Shown piece by piece: positions 34,432-43,303 of a stretch of DNA of 64,000 nucleotides. Origin of the DNA: Acutalibacteraceae bacterium (GTDB taxonomy: Bacteria > Bacillota > Clostridia > Oscillospirales > Acutalibacteraceae); contig JAZSJQ010000057.1 of the NCBI GenBank assembly GCA_045534445.1, positions 24,548 to 88,547 on the forward strand, in the 5' to 3' direction. How positions within the stretch are numbered: position 1 is the first letter of the stretch; every line of letters begins with the position of its first letter. Position numbers and translations under genes: made by a program. The notes beneath the pieces are model-generated. The model did no database searches. It saw only the letters and a list, made by a program, of their open reading frames with translations, and was not told the DNA's origin.

Positions 34432-35664
34432 ATGGACGCAGTCTTTATAGCTGATTCAATAGAGAAGCTTCATACTCCCGAACAAACTCTGATCGTCGGC
34501 ATTGACGGGCTTGGCGGTGCAGGAAAAAGCACTGTTTCAAAAGAGATCATAGCTGTTCTTCGCAGTAAGGGGTACGATGTCGCTCTTCTGCACATTGACG
34601 ATTTCATTCACCCGAAATCTATACGTTATAATAACGATTTCGCCCCTTGGGAGTGCTATTATAATCTCCAGTGGAGGTATGATTATCTGATAAATGAGGT
34701 TATTGGTGCTTTAAAATCAGGCGAGTCGCTCTGCAAAAGCATTGAGCTTTATGATAAAGACAATGACACATATCTCAATCAGAGCATTTGTCTTAAAAAT
34801 GGCGGCATACTGATTATAGAGGGGATTTTTCTTCAGAGAAGCGAGCTTTCAGATATTTTCGACTATATGATATATATCGATGTTCCCGAAAAAACGAGGC
34901 TTAAAAGAGTGCTGTCAAGGGACGGGTATATAGGAGACAGTGAGCAGATAAAGGAAAAGTACGAAAGCAGATATTTCCCTGCTGAGCGTTATTACGTCAA
35001 GACCTGTTCACCTGCCGAAAATGCAGATTATACCGCAAAGAGTGTTAAATGGCTGTTTTTTGACTTGGGCGGTACTGTTTATGATGAAAGTCTTTCCGAC
35101 AGGCAGAGAATAGAAGGGTTACTTGAAAAAGCATCTTCGGAAATTACTGCCGACAAGTTTTATGAGCATATGAAGGTTTCTGCAATGACTTTTGCAGAAT
35201 CCCCCTTCTCCGAAGCACGAAATTATTTCGGTATTGCGAAAAATGTACCCTATTCAAATGAGAAGGAATTTCTTTACCCTCATGCTGTTGATGTAATTAA
35301 GGTTCTATCGGAAAAGTACAGTCTTGCCGTTCTTGCAAATCAGCCTGTCAATACTATGGACAGACTTAAAATGGACGGGCTTTATGGTTGTTTCAAAATA
35401 ATCCTTCTCTCAGAGTACGAGAATATGTTTAAGCCTGATATCGGCTTTTTTGAATATGCACTCAGGAAAGCTGGCTGTGAACCTTCTGAAGCTGTTATGA
35501 TAGGCGACAGGCTTGATAATGACGTTTATCCTGCCAAGAAACTCGGTATGATTACTGTCAGAATAAAGCAGGGGCTTTTTTCGGTGCAGGAGGCTGCAAG
35601 CGAAAAATATACGCCTGATTACGAGGTCGATAGTCTTGCCGAGCTGCTCGAATTGGAACTATAG
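34432..35664 (+). CDS. Fusion of a P-loop (uridine kinase-like) domain and a HAD-IA hydrolase domain
   Basis: P-loop GIDGLGGAGKST. HAD motif I is FFDLGGTVYDE (a DxG variant), and motif IV is MIGDRLDNDV. Confidence 0.75.
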   Translation: MDAVFIADSIEKLHTPEQTLIVGIDGLGGAGKSTVSKEIIAVLRSKGYDVALLHIDDFIHPKSIRYNNDFAPWECYYNLQWRYDYLINEVIGALKSGESLCKSIELYDKDNDTYLNQSICLKNGGILIIEGIFLQRSELSDIFDYMIYIDVPEKTRLKRVLSRDGYIGDSEQIKEKYESRYFPAERYYVKTCSPAENADYTAKSVKWLFFDLGGTVYDESLSDRQRIEGLLEKASSEITADKFYEHMKVSAMTFAESPFSEARNYFGIAKNVPYSNEKEFLYPHAVDVIKVLSEKYSLAVLANQPVNTMDRLKMDGLYGCFKIILLSEYENMFKPDIGFFEYALRKAGCEPSEAVMIGDRLDNDVYPAKKLGMITVRIKQGLFSVQEAASEKYTPDYEVDSLAELLELEL

Positions 35665-35680
35665 CATATAATATGAAGAA

Positions 35681-35710
35681 ATGCAGACAGCCATACGGCT
35701 GTCTGCATTT
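35681..35710 (+). terminator. Intrinsic terminator after the kinase-HAD gene
   Basis: ATGCAGACAGCC-ATAC-GGCTGTCTGCAT followed by TT. Confidence 0.8.
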
Positions 35711-35728
35711 GACACCTAATCAGTCACC

Positions 35729-35778
35729 GAAGTTCGCCTTCAGCGAACTTGCCGACAGCTTCCCTTTAAGGGGAAGCC
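35729..35778. repeat. Double-hairpin intergenic element, copy B
   Basis: AAGTTCGC-CTTCA-GCGAACTT followed by GCTTCCC-TTTAAG-GGGAAGC and then T6. The second hairpin contains the bioY stop codon. Confidence 0.7.
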
Positions 35779-36320
35779 TTTTTTATTACAGTCAATATTC
35801 GCTTTGCAATAGCAGACGCAGGCAATAACAGCACAAGGTCTATAGGCAGTGCAACAAGCATTGTAAGCCTCAATGCATCGAGTATTTCTGCGTCCGTGGC
35901 GTTTATATACAGCTTCATTATAAGGCAGAAGTACGCAAGTCCCACTGCATAAATGCAGGCAAGACCTGTTATACCCGAAAAATACAAATAACCTGCGGAG
36001 GGTGTTTTCCTTCGGTGGGCAACGAAACCTGCAACAAAGGCACATAAAATAAAGCCGATTATGTATCCGAAGCCGGGTTTAAGGACATACATAAGTCCTC
36101 CTCCCTGCGCAAAAACAGGAAGTCCCGCAAGTCCCATCAGCATATACGTCAGCGCACTTGCCGCACCGCCCCTTGCGCCCAGCACCTGCCCTGCAAGCAC
36201 CACGAAAAGTGATTGCAGGGTTATGGGTACAACAAGATCAATTTTTATGAATGCGCCTACTGCTATAAGCGCTGTAAACAAGCCGCACAGGACTATCTGA
36301 GCAGTTCTGTTATTCCGCAT
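35766..36320 (-). CDS. bioY: Biotin transporter BioY (ECF S-component)
   Basis: MRNNRTAQIVLCGLFTALIAVGAFIKIDLVVPITLQSLFVVLAG...GLPVFAQGGG... is the typical BioY sequence pattern. Confidence 0.9.
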   Translation of the reverse strand: MRNNRTAQIVLCGLFTALIAVGAFIKIDLVVPITLQSLFVVLAGQVLGARGGAASALTYMLMGLAGLPVFAQGGGLMYVLKPGFGYIIGFILCAFVAGFVAHRRKTPSAGYLYFSGITGLACIYAVGLAYFCLIMKLYINATDAEILDALRLTMLVALPIDLVLLLPASAIAKRILTVIKKASP

Positions 36321-39300
36321 CGGCTGTGTCCGTCTCTTCGATTACAAGCTCTTCAGAGGGAGCGCTCCACTGCTCACGAAGCTCAGCGGCACACTGACAT
36401 ACTCTTTCGATAAGAGCATTATCAGCTGTTTTATCGCCCTTACCGGGCTTTAATCCAAGTTCTTTTATGCGAGCAACAAGTGCCTTTGCGGCATTCTCCT
36501 TATCCTGATAATATGCGGATGCACGCACGCGGATAAACTTCCAGCCAAGACGCTCAAGAACCGACTGGCGGCTCATTGCAACGCTTATTTCTTCATCGGT
36601 CATTGCAGTCTCTCCGTCGCACTCAATGGCAACTCTCTTTCCGCCGCCTGTGCATATCATAGGCACGATATATGTTCCAACCTTTTCACGGAAAGCTACC
36701 TCGAAGCCCTCGTTTATAAGGGCATTGCTCAGCTCTTTTTCCATGGAGGACACCGCTGTGGGAGTAACCTTTTCAAGCGCCTTGGCGGTTGCCTCCGGGT
36801 CTATTGCATGAGAGATAAGCTTGAGTCTTATATCGTCACCCTTCAAATCTACATTGGGATCAAGGGAATGAACGACCCAGAGCTGATCCTTTGCTCGGCT
36901 TGCGGCAACGTTGTAACGCTTTGCGTAAACATCGTTGTAGCCCTCTCTTCTGGTCTGCAGGCTGGTTCCGTCACCCTTGCCCGCATCAACAAGGGAAATG
37001 AAGATAACATCTCTCTCATCGCCCTGGAAATACGCAGGGTTGCCGCAGAGTATCTGACGTTCTCTGTACTGGCTTTCGGTTATTCTTTCGCGGAGCATTC
37101 TGTCTATCAGAACGCCCTGTTCATCTCCTATCATGGTGATGACACCGAATGTAAGTCCCTTGTATTCTTTCTGCTTCATACAGGCGCAGATGAGAGAAAC
37201 TACGGCATTGGCTTCATTCTTATTTGTCTTCTTGCCGCTGGGTGCGCCGTCCTGCACTCTGTATTCGACCATCGCAGGCTTTACGGTTATACTGCCCGAA
37301 TCGCGCAAGGGACAGATAAGTCCGTTATATGTATGGAAATTCGAGAAGTTGATTATATCTGTAGCGCATCTGAAATGCTCACGAAGGGTTATAGGCTCGT
37401 AGTTTGCCTTTCCGAGATCATAGATTGACACAAGTTCGTCGTACATGGAGGCATTCTTTACGCCTGTTAAGAACTCTGCGTGGAGCTTCTGGGAGGTCTC
37501 AAGGTCCATTCCGACAGGAGTAGGGCTGACCTGCTTGTCATCGCCGACAACTATTACCTTCTTTGCAATGTACAGTCCGATAAGTCCGCTTAAATCCGCC
37601 TGGCTTGCTTCGTCTATGATGAGAACATCGAATTTCTCATCACCCGGCTCAAAATATTCTGCGACGGAAGGAAGGGGCATGATCCATACGGGAACGCTTC
37701 TGCGGCAGGCTTTCATTGCACGGCGAAGCTCACCCGATGCAAGAAGCTGCTCTGCCCTCTTGCCCGTTCCCTTGCCCACTCTCTTGACTAAGGTTGCCCA
37801 TGTGGCAAGGGCAGATTTGCGGTTGGGATCGCGCATGGTGCGAAGCTCTGCGCTCCATGCTCTGCGTGTAATAAGCTCTCTTGTAACTGTGGAGTAGCTC
37901 TTTGTAAGCTCTGAAATGCGCTCCTGAATGGATTCAATATCCTTGCCGAGTCTTGTTTCAAGCTCACCGCGGAGCTGTGCGCGTATCCAATGGATCTTAT
38001 AGTCTGAGGGCAGACTGCTCTCTCCGTTAAATCCGCGTCTTCCAGCTATTTCCTGTGCCCAAAGAGGACATATTTCCGAAAGCTTTACGATAAGTTCACA
38101 GCGTGTTCTATAGGCGTTTCTCTTTGCGCAGACTCGCTCATAGCTGTGGAGTGCTTCATTATATGCATCAGCATCTCTGTTTTCAATAGCTACGCGCATG
38201 GCAGTTATCATGGGCGCAAAGTCACGCTCATAAGGCACCAGCGTATTGGCAGCATTTCGGAGGGTCTCAAGACAATCAGATCTGTCTCCTCTGGTAAATT
38301 CAAGCTGTACATAGCTGAGAAGGTCGGTCTTCAGTGCATAGAATATGGATTCGACCTCTCCAAGCATACGGGTCTGCAAGGGAATGGTCTCGAAGTAGCG
38401 AGCAAAATCAAATCCAAGCTCCTCAAGCTTATTCTGTATTACCTGCCATGAGTTTGCGTACCATGTAAGCCAATCAGTAACACTTGACCAAATCTTCTGT
38501 GCCGTCTCTTCAGGACGTGCAGAAGATGATATATCAGGACCGCCTGCGCTTCTTACTGCCTTTTCCCATCGATTAAGAAGCTTCTTTTTGCCCAGCAGGT
38601 ATGCGTGATATCTGCTGAGTATCTCAACCTCGGAACGGGTATCAGGCTTTTCGCCGTTTATGACACAGCGCTCAAGCACGGGCTTCCATTTGGGATTGAG
38701 CATTATTTTAAGCCAGTTTATCTTTTCGCCATCTATATCCTCCAGCATATCTGCGAAAACAGGAGTAATTTCGGGAATTATCAGATCATCGGGTATCTGC
38801 GGGTCGGTGTCGATTATATCTCCACGAAGCTCAGCATACAATTTGTTGAGCTCGGGAAGCTGACCGTCAATGGACGCAAATACGCCTGTGATACCGCCTT
38901 CTGCAATTCCTGCCTGTGCAAGGGAAAGCTGCCAGCTTTCAGCTCTTGACATTCTGTCGGCTTCTATTTTTATGCTCTTATAGACTTCTCCGACCTGTGC
39001 GGTGTCTCTGCTTCCGTTGTCCTTCCAGTAACCTACTCCCTCTGTCTTTATGCTCTCGCCTGTACCCTCTGCGACCTCGCAGCATGCCTTGAAGCGCATT
39101 GAATCAAGCAGGACAGATGCATCGGGGGCTCCGATAGTAAGTATTTTTTCATCGTTTTCTGTAAGAGCGGCATTGGAAGAATAAAGAGTTTTAAGCTCGT
39201 CCTCACTAAGGGGCAGAGGCGTTCCAAGTCCTACGCTGTCGGGAATGAAAGCCTCCTCCTGCAGGTCACAGATAAGTTCTGCTGCCTGCTTGGGAGTATA

Positions 39301-40797
39301 ATACTTGCCGTCAACTTCAATCTCCTCGTATTCCTTTCTTACAAGGTTCACAAGGCTTGAACGGGCGTTGATAAGATCAGCTATAACGCGTCTTCTTTCC
39401 TGTTCATAACGGTCTGCCTCTTCATCAAGGGTCTCTGCATTATAGGCAGACATATAGTCATTTATCGTATTCAGAGAATTTTCAAGCTGCTTCTGATTAT
39501 CATCAGAAATGCTTACGCAGAGAGGTCTTATAGGCTCGCTTATTTTATCGCGGAGAACCGACAGCGCCTTTGAAGTCTGGCTGGTTACAAGAACGCTCTG
39601 TCCGCGGCTGAGCAGATCGCCTATTACGTTTGAAATAGTATGGGTCTTACCTGTTCCCGGAGGTCCCTGCACGATTACAGCAGGATTCTCTTTTATCTTT
39701 CTGGCAATGAGAAGCTGTTCACGGTTTGCCTGTTTTTCAAGAAGGAAATCAGGGTCGATTCCGTTTACGGATATAAGCTTTTCTGCTATACTCTGTTCTC
39801 TCGGCTCTGTTTCGGTATGTACACCCTCCCCAAGAATACTGAGCAGTGATGGAGAAAACTCCTCAGCAGTTTCAATATCATCAAGAATTTTTTCAGTCAT
39901 GGCGATATAGCCCGAATTTCGAGAGCGTGTAAACATTACGCTCCCTCGGGAAACAACATATTTTGCCTTGGATTCTTCATTGGTAAATTCACAGTCAAGG
40001 GATATGGTGTTGCAAAGCCTTGTCAGAAAATCATCAAGAGGTTCTTTGTCAAAGGCATGGATACCGCTGTCCTCAAGCTCGTTTGAAAAGCCCGAGAGAG
40101 TCTGGGTCTCAATATTCGGCAGCATCCTCAGAAGTCTTGTATTAAGCGTTGCGGGAGTATCGCAATCGCAGATTCTGAACATGGGCTTCTGTGCGTCAAA
40201 TTCAAGCATTACACGCTCAATGATAAGAGGATGATGGATCTTTGTCCCGTCTTCAAAACTGCAGGTCAGCATTCCGTCACCTATGACAAGCTCCATTCTG
40301 TCCTTTTCTCTGCTCATCTGAGACCACAGGTCGTAGAGCTTATCATACACTGCTCGGGATCTTGCGGCAGGCTCTGCATCATATCTCCATGCGTCGTGCA
40401 GTTCCATCCAGCCTGTGAGTATATCACGGCGCTCGAGGTCATCAGCAAAAAGCTCCGTGCGTATTTCATCGCTTTCTGCATCGTCACAGAATTCACGCTT
40501 TTCCTTTACTGTTATTCTTTTGAAGGGATCGTCCCATCCATCTTCGACCCAACCGTAAAGAGCGGCAGGCAGCATCGGACATGGCGGCACCTCTGCCTTT
40601 TCAACGCTAAGAATAGCAGTGGTCTCCGAAAAAGCTTCATCGCTTGTCTGTACTACTTTTATTGTGTTATGCACAGGCAGTGCGAACAGCTCAAGGCTGA
40701 ATGGGTAATCTGTGTAATTGAGATTTATGTCGCACTTGCGTTCTACAAGCGCTTTGACATAGCTGAATATCTGTCTAAGCTGCTTTCTTGCTTCCAT
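36310..40797 (-). CDS. 1495-aa SF1 (Upf1/DNA2-like, AAA_11/AAA_12) helicase fused to a C-terminal Vsr/DUF559-like endonuclease domain
   Basis: Motif I GPPGTGKT (39643-39666), motif II VLIIDEASQ (about 37600-37630), then VVGDDKQVSP, LREHFRC, FQGDERDVIF and YNVAASRAKDQLWVV. The C-terminus VAIECDG...LERLGWKFIRV is REase-like. Confidence 0.85.
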   Translation of the reverse strand: MEARKQLRQIFSYVKALVERKCDINLNYTDYPFSLELFALPVHNTIKVVQTSDEAFSETTAILSVEKAEVPPCPMLPAALYGWVEDGWDDPFKRITVKEKREFCDDAESDEIRTELFADDLERRDILTGWMELHDAWRYDAEPAARSRAVYDKLYDLWSQMSREKDRMELVIGDGMLTCSFEDGTKIHHPLIIERVMLEFDAQKPMFRICDCDTPATLNTRLLRMLPNIETQTLSGFSNELEDSGIHAFDKEPLDDFLTRLCNTISLDCEFTNEESKAKYVVSRGSVMFTRSRNSGYIAMTEKILDDIETAEEFSPSLLSILGEGVHTETEPREQSIAEKLISVNGIDPDFLLEKQANREQLLIARKIKENPAVIVQGPPGTGKTHTISNVIGDLLSRGQSVLVTSQTSKALSVLRDKISEPIRPLCVSISDDNQKQLENSLNTINDYMSAYNAETLDEEADRYEQERRRVIADLINARSSLVNLVRKEYEEIEVDGKYYTPKQAAELICDLQEEAFIPDSVGLGTPLPLSEDELKTLYSSNAALTENDEKILTIGAPDASVLLDSMRFKACCEVAEGTGESIKTEGVGYWKDNGSRDTAQVGEVYKSIKIEADRMSRAESWQLSLAQAGIAEGGITGVFASIDGQLPELNKLYAELRGDIIDTDPQIPDDLIIPEITPVFADMLEDIDGEKINWLKIMLNPKWKPVLERCVINGEKPDTRSEVEILSRYHAYLLGKKKLLNRWEKAVRSAGGPDISSSARPEETAQKIWSSVTDWLTWYANSWQVIQNKLEELGFDFARYFETIPLQTRMLGEVESIFYALKTDLLSYVQLEFTRGDRSDCLETLRNAANTLVPYERDFAPMITAMRVAIENRDADAYNEALHSYERVCAKRNAYRTRCELIVKLSEICPLWAQEIAGRRGFNGESSLPSDYKIHWIRAQLRGELETRLGKDIESIQERISELTKSYSTVTRELITRRAWSAELRTMRDPNRKSALATWATLVKRVGKGTGKRAEQLLASGELRRAMKACRRSVPVWIMPLPSVAEYFEPGDEKFDVLIIDEASQADLSGLIGLYIAKKVIVVGDDKQVSPTPVGMDLETSQKLHAEFLTGVKNASMYDELVSIYDLGKANYEPITLREHFRCATDIINFSNFHTYNGLICPLRDSGSITVKPAMVEYRVQDGAPSGKKTNKNEANAVVSLICACMKQKEYKGLTFGVITMIGDEQGVLIDRMLRERITESQYRERQILCGNPAYFQGDERDVIFISLVDAGKGDGTSLQTRREGYNDVYAKRYNVAASRAKDQLWVVHSLDPNVDLKGDDIRLKLISHAIDPEATAKALEKVTPTAVSSMEKELSNALINEGFEVAFREKVGTYIVPMICTGGGKRVAIECDGETAMTDEEISVAMSRQSVLERLGWKFIRVRASAYYQDKENAAKALVARIKELGLKPGKGDKTADNALIERVCQCAAELREQWSAPSEELVIEETDTADAE

Positions 40798-40820
40798 AAT
40801 GACAGTCCTTCCTGTATATC

Positions 40821-40845
40821 AAAACCCCGGTTTTGCCGGGGTTTT
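40821..40845. terminator. Bidirectional intrinsic terminator after the surface-protein gene
   Basis: AAAACCCCGG-TTTTG-CCGGGGTTTT. It lies only about 24 nt upstream of the helicase start codon. Confidence 0.85.
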
Positions 40846-40889
40846 GATTTTATCATTGTTCTTTTACCCGTTTTTTCGGAATGGTCATA

Positions 40890-43001
40890 TCAATCCCAGT
40901 TATTGAATTCGCCCTCATCGCTGAACTGAATGTCACCGAAAGATGCAGGCTGCTGAGAATATGTATGTCTTTCAGGGGTGGTCGGCTGGGATGCCTGTCG
41001 CTGTGTCACTTCCTCATACTGAGGCTCGGGAATTGTTCTTCTTGCCGATGCTTCGTAGTAATAAGCTTTATCTTCGTCATCTGAATACTTGCTCTCTCCC
41101 ATGGGCGCTCTCTTGACAATAAGGATTATGGCAATTGCAAGTCCGATTACAAGAATGGCAATACCGATTATCATTACATGAATGAGATTTACACCCTCAT
41201 CAATACGGTCATCCTCGTCGGGTATTGTATTAATGTTGAGTTCACCCATAAGGGTCAGTATTTCAGAATAGTATCTGTCGGCTGTTACCTGATCTGTATC
41301 TGTTCTGCTCAGTGCTTTCGCTTCAGCAACCTTATTCATCAATATATTATACCTGTCCTGAGGATAAGGAGTTGGGTCAATGTCTTCAACAGTAGCAATG
41401 ATCCTGTCAAGAGCAGTAAAGTTTGCGATAAGCACAAGATTGGTCATTGAGCTTTCAAGGGCAGCCTGCGCCTCATCGATATTCTGCTGGGAGCTTTCTT
41501 CGTCCGCAATGACTCTTTCAAGCTCTGCTATTGCAGTCTCGACATATTTCCATGAAGAATCGGTATACACACTTCTGTCTACCGACTTTACTCTTTCAAG
41601 CAGTTCCTTTGCATAGGTGCTGTCACCGCGGCGGACAAGTGCTTCCAGTGAGCCTGTAAGCTGCTCTGCAGCAGAATTGATTATAGTCTCATCTGCCTGA
41701 ATGGAAATAAGATTATCAAGCTCTGCTGCGTATTTCTGCATATTGTTCCATGAGGAAGGAGTATAGTCCTCTTCCCTCAGGGATTTGGCAATCTTGAGAA
41801 CGTTGAAGGGGGTCGTCTGAATGTTGTTAATAACAACAGTAGTTGTGGATTCATTGCCCGCCTTATCCTTTGCAACTATCACATACTCACCGTTTCTGAA
41901 TGCTACAAAGGACGGGGTATAGATTCCAACATATTCTCCGTTTACCGTTACATTAAGGATGCTGATATTATCCTTGACATTAAAGGTTACTGTTACATTT
42001 TCGTCAGTAATCGATGATGTGGATTTTTTGATATTGTCTATAACAGGTGCAGTACTGTCAAGTACTACGCCTGCAGAGGGGATCTCCTTTGAAACGTTGC
42101 CTGCATTGTCAATTGCACGGGCATATACGTTTCCTATGAAATCCTTCTCGAAAACAGGCTTCTTTGCAGGGTCATATCTGTTCCATCCTGCTTCGCTGAT
42201 ATATCCTCCGCTTTCAACAAGCTGATACTCGTAATATGCGATACCACTCTGGGAATCCGTTGCTCCGTCAATGGAACAGGTAAGAGAACCCGTAAAGAAG
42301 CTGGAGAAATTAGATGTTCCGTATGTAAGAGCGCCTTTTTCATTGCCAAAGGCAATTGAAAGAAGGGAAATATCGGGAGGTATCATATCAAAGTTAGCTA
42401 TGCTCATGGATACCTCTTCAGAACAATTCTGTGCGCGGTCAATGGTTCTTCCGTATACGACGCAGTTTGAATTTACGGTGAACTCGCCGTAATACTCTAT
42501 CCATGCGCCATCAGCACCTACACGATATTCAGTGCGGAGATATCCGGATTCCGCATCACTTCCGGATATCAGTCTGACGGTCTGCTCACTGTTGGTCCAT
42601 GCTGTTGTGGAAGGTACGATAGTCGGTGCAGAAGGTGCTTTTTTATCTATGCAGTTTACTCTTGCTTCTGCAAGAGGAGACTGTATGCTGTTTCCGTCAA
42701 CAACTTTTGCAGATATACCGACATTCTCGGTAACAACAAATGATTCGATGTACTCTGTCCATTCGCCGCCGTCTACACAATAGTAGATCTTTGCGTTGCC
42801 GTCCAGTGTATCGCCTGTGGTAACAGTTACCGTAACTGAGCTGTTGGTCGGCTCTGTAGGGAACTGAATCACAGGCGCGCTCAATGGCTGCGCAGGTTCC
42901 GGTGCTGTCGTATCTGTGGCGCTTTCTGATGCCGATGCTGATACTGAACATATACTGAACATCAGAAAAAGCACTGCGATCATTGTAATCAGTTTTTTCA
43001 T
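40890..43001 (-). CDS. Cell-surface protein with Ig-like/CHB_HEX_C-like repeats and FIVAR-like helical repeats, a C-terminal TM anchor and a cytoplasmic tail
   Basis: Signal peptide MKKLITMIAVLFLMFSICSVSASA, repeats such as KIYYCVDGGEWTEY and EYRVGADGAWIEYY, YTPSSWNNMQKYAAEL and YTDSSWKYVETAIAEL, and a TM helix LIHVMIIGIAILVIGLAIAIILIV. Confidence 0.7.
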   Translation of the reverse strand: MKKLITMIAVLFLMFSICSVSASASESATDTTAPEPAQPLSAPVIQFPTEPTNSSVTVTVTTGDTLDGNAKIYYCVDGGEWTEYIESFVVTENVGISAKVVDGNSIQSPLAEARVNCIDKKAPSAPTIVPSTTAWTNSEQTVRLISGSDAESGYLRTEYRVGADGAWIEYYGEFTVNSNCVVYGRTIDRAQNCSEEVSMSIANFDMIPPDISLLSIAFGNEKGALTYGTSNFSSFFTGSLTCSIDGATDSQSGIAYYEYQLVESGGYISEAGWNRYDPAKKPVFEKDFIGNVYARAIDNAGNVSKEIPSAGVVLDSTAPVIDNIKKSTSSITDENVTVTFNVKDNISILNVTVNGEYVGIYTPSFVAFRNGEYVIVAKDKAGNESTTTVVINNIQTTPFNVLKIAKSLREEDYTPSSWNNMQKYAAELDNLISIQADETIINSAAEQLTGSLEALVRRGDSTYAKELLERVKSVDRSVYTDSSWKYVETAIAELERVIADEESSQQNIDEAQAALESSMTNLVLIANFTALDRIIATVEDIDPTPYPQDRYNILMNKVAEAKALSRTDTDQVTADRYYSEILTLMGELNINTIPDEDDRIDEGVNLIHVMIIGIAILVIGLAIAIILIVKRAPMGESKYSDDEDKAYYYEASARRTIPEPQYEEVTQRQASQPTTPERHTYSQQPASFGDIQFSDEGEFNNWD

Positions 43002-43303
43002 ATATTCATATCCCTTTCCTCTGATCTGTATTCAAAAAAGAACAAGTCTTGATATATCATACCACAAAATCTGAACCGCCCTTTTTATCTGTACATTTTT
43101 CCATATACTATGATAACACATCTGTACTCTGCTGTACAGTAAATTTTGAAAATAAATATCAATAAAACATCTATTAATTAAATTTACATCTTGAATTGTA
43201 TTGTGTTTCAAATTATAATAAATGTGTGTTTTGCATAAATCATTTCAAAAAGCGACACACTTTTTAGACATTTGTCACACAGTTGTAAGAAGGACGTGAT
43301 GCA

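Noticed and set aside
34432-35664. A degenerate HAD motif I (FFDLGGT instead of DxDGT) in the kinase-HAD fusion, considered as a sign of a dead enzyme.
   Set aside because: DxG variants of motif I occur in active HAD-IA phosphatases (YihX-type), so this is not good evidence of inactivity.
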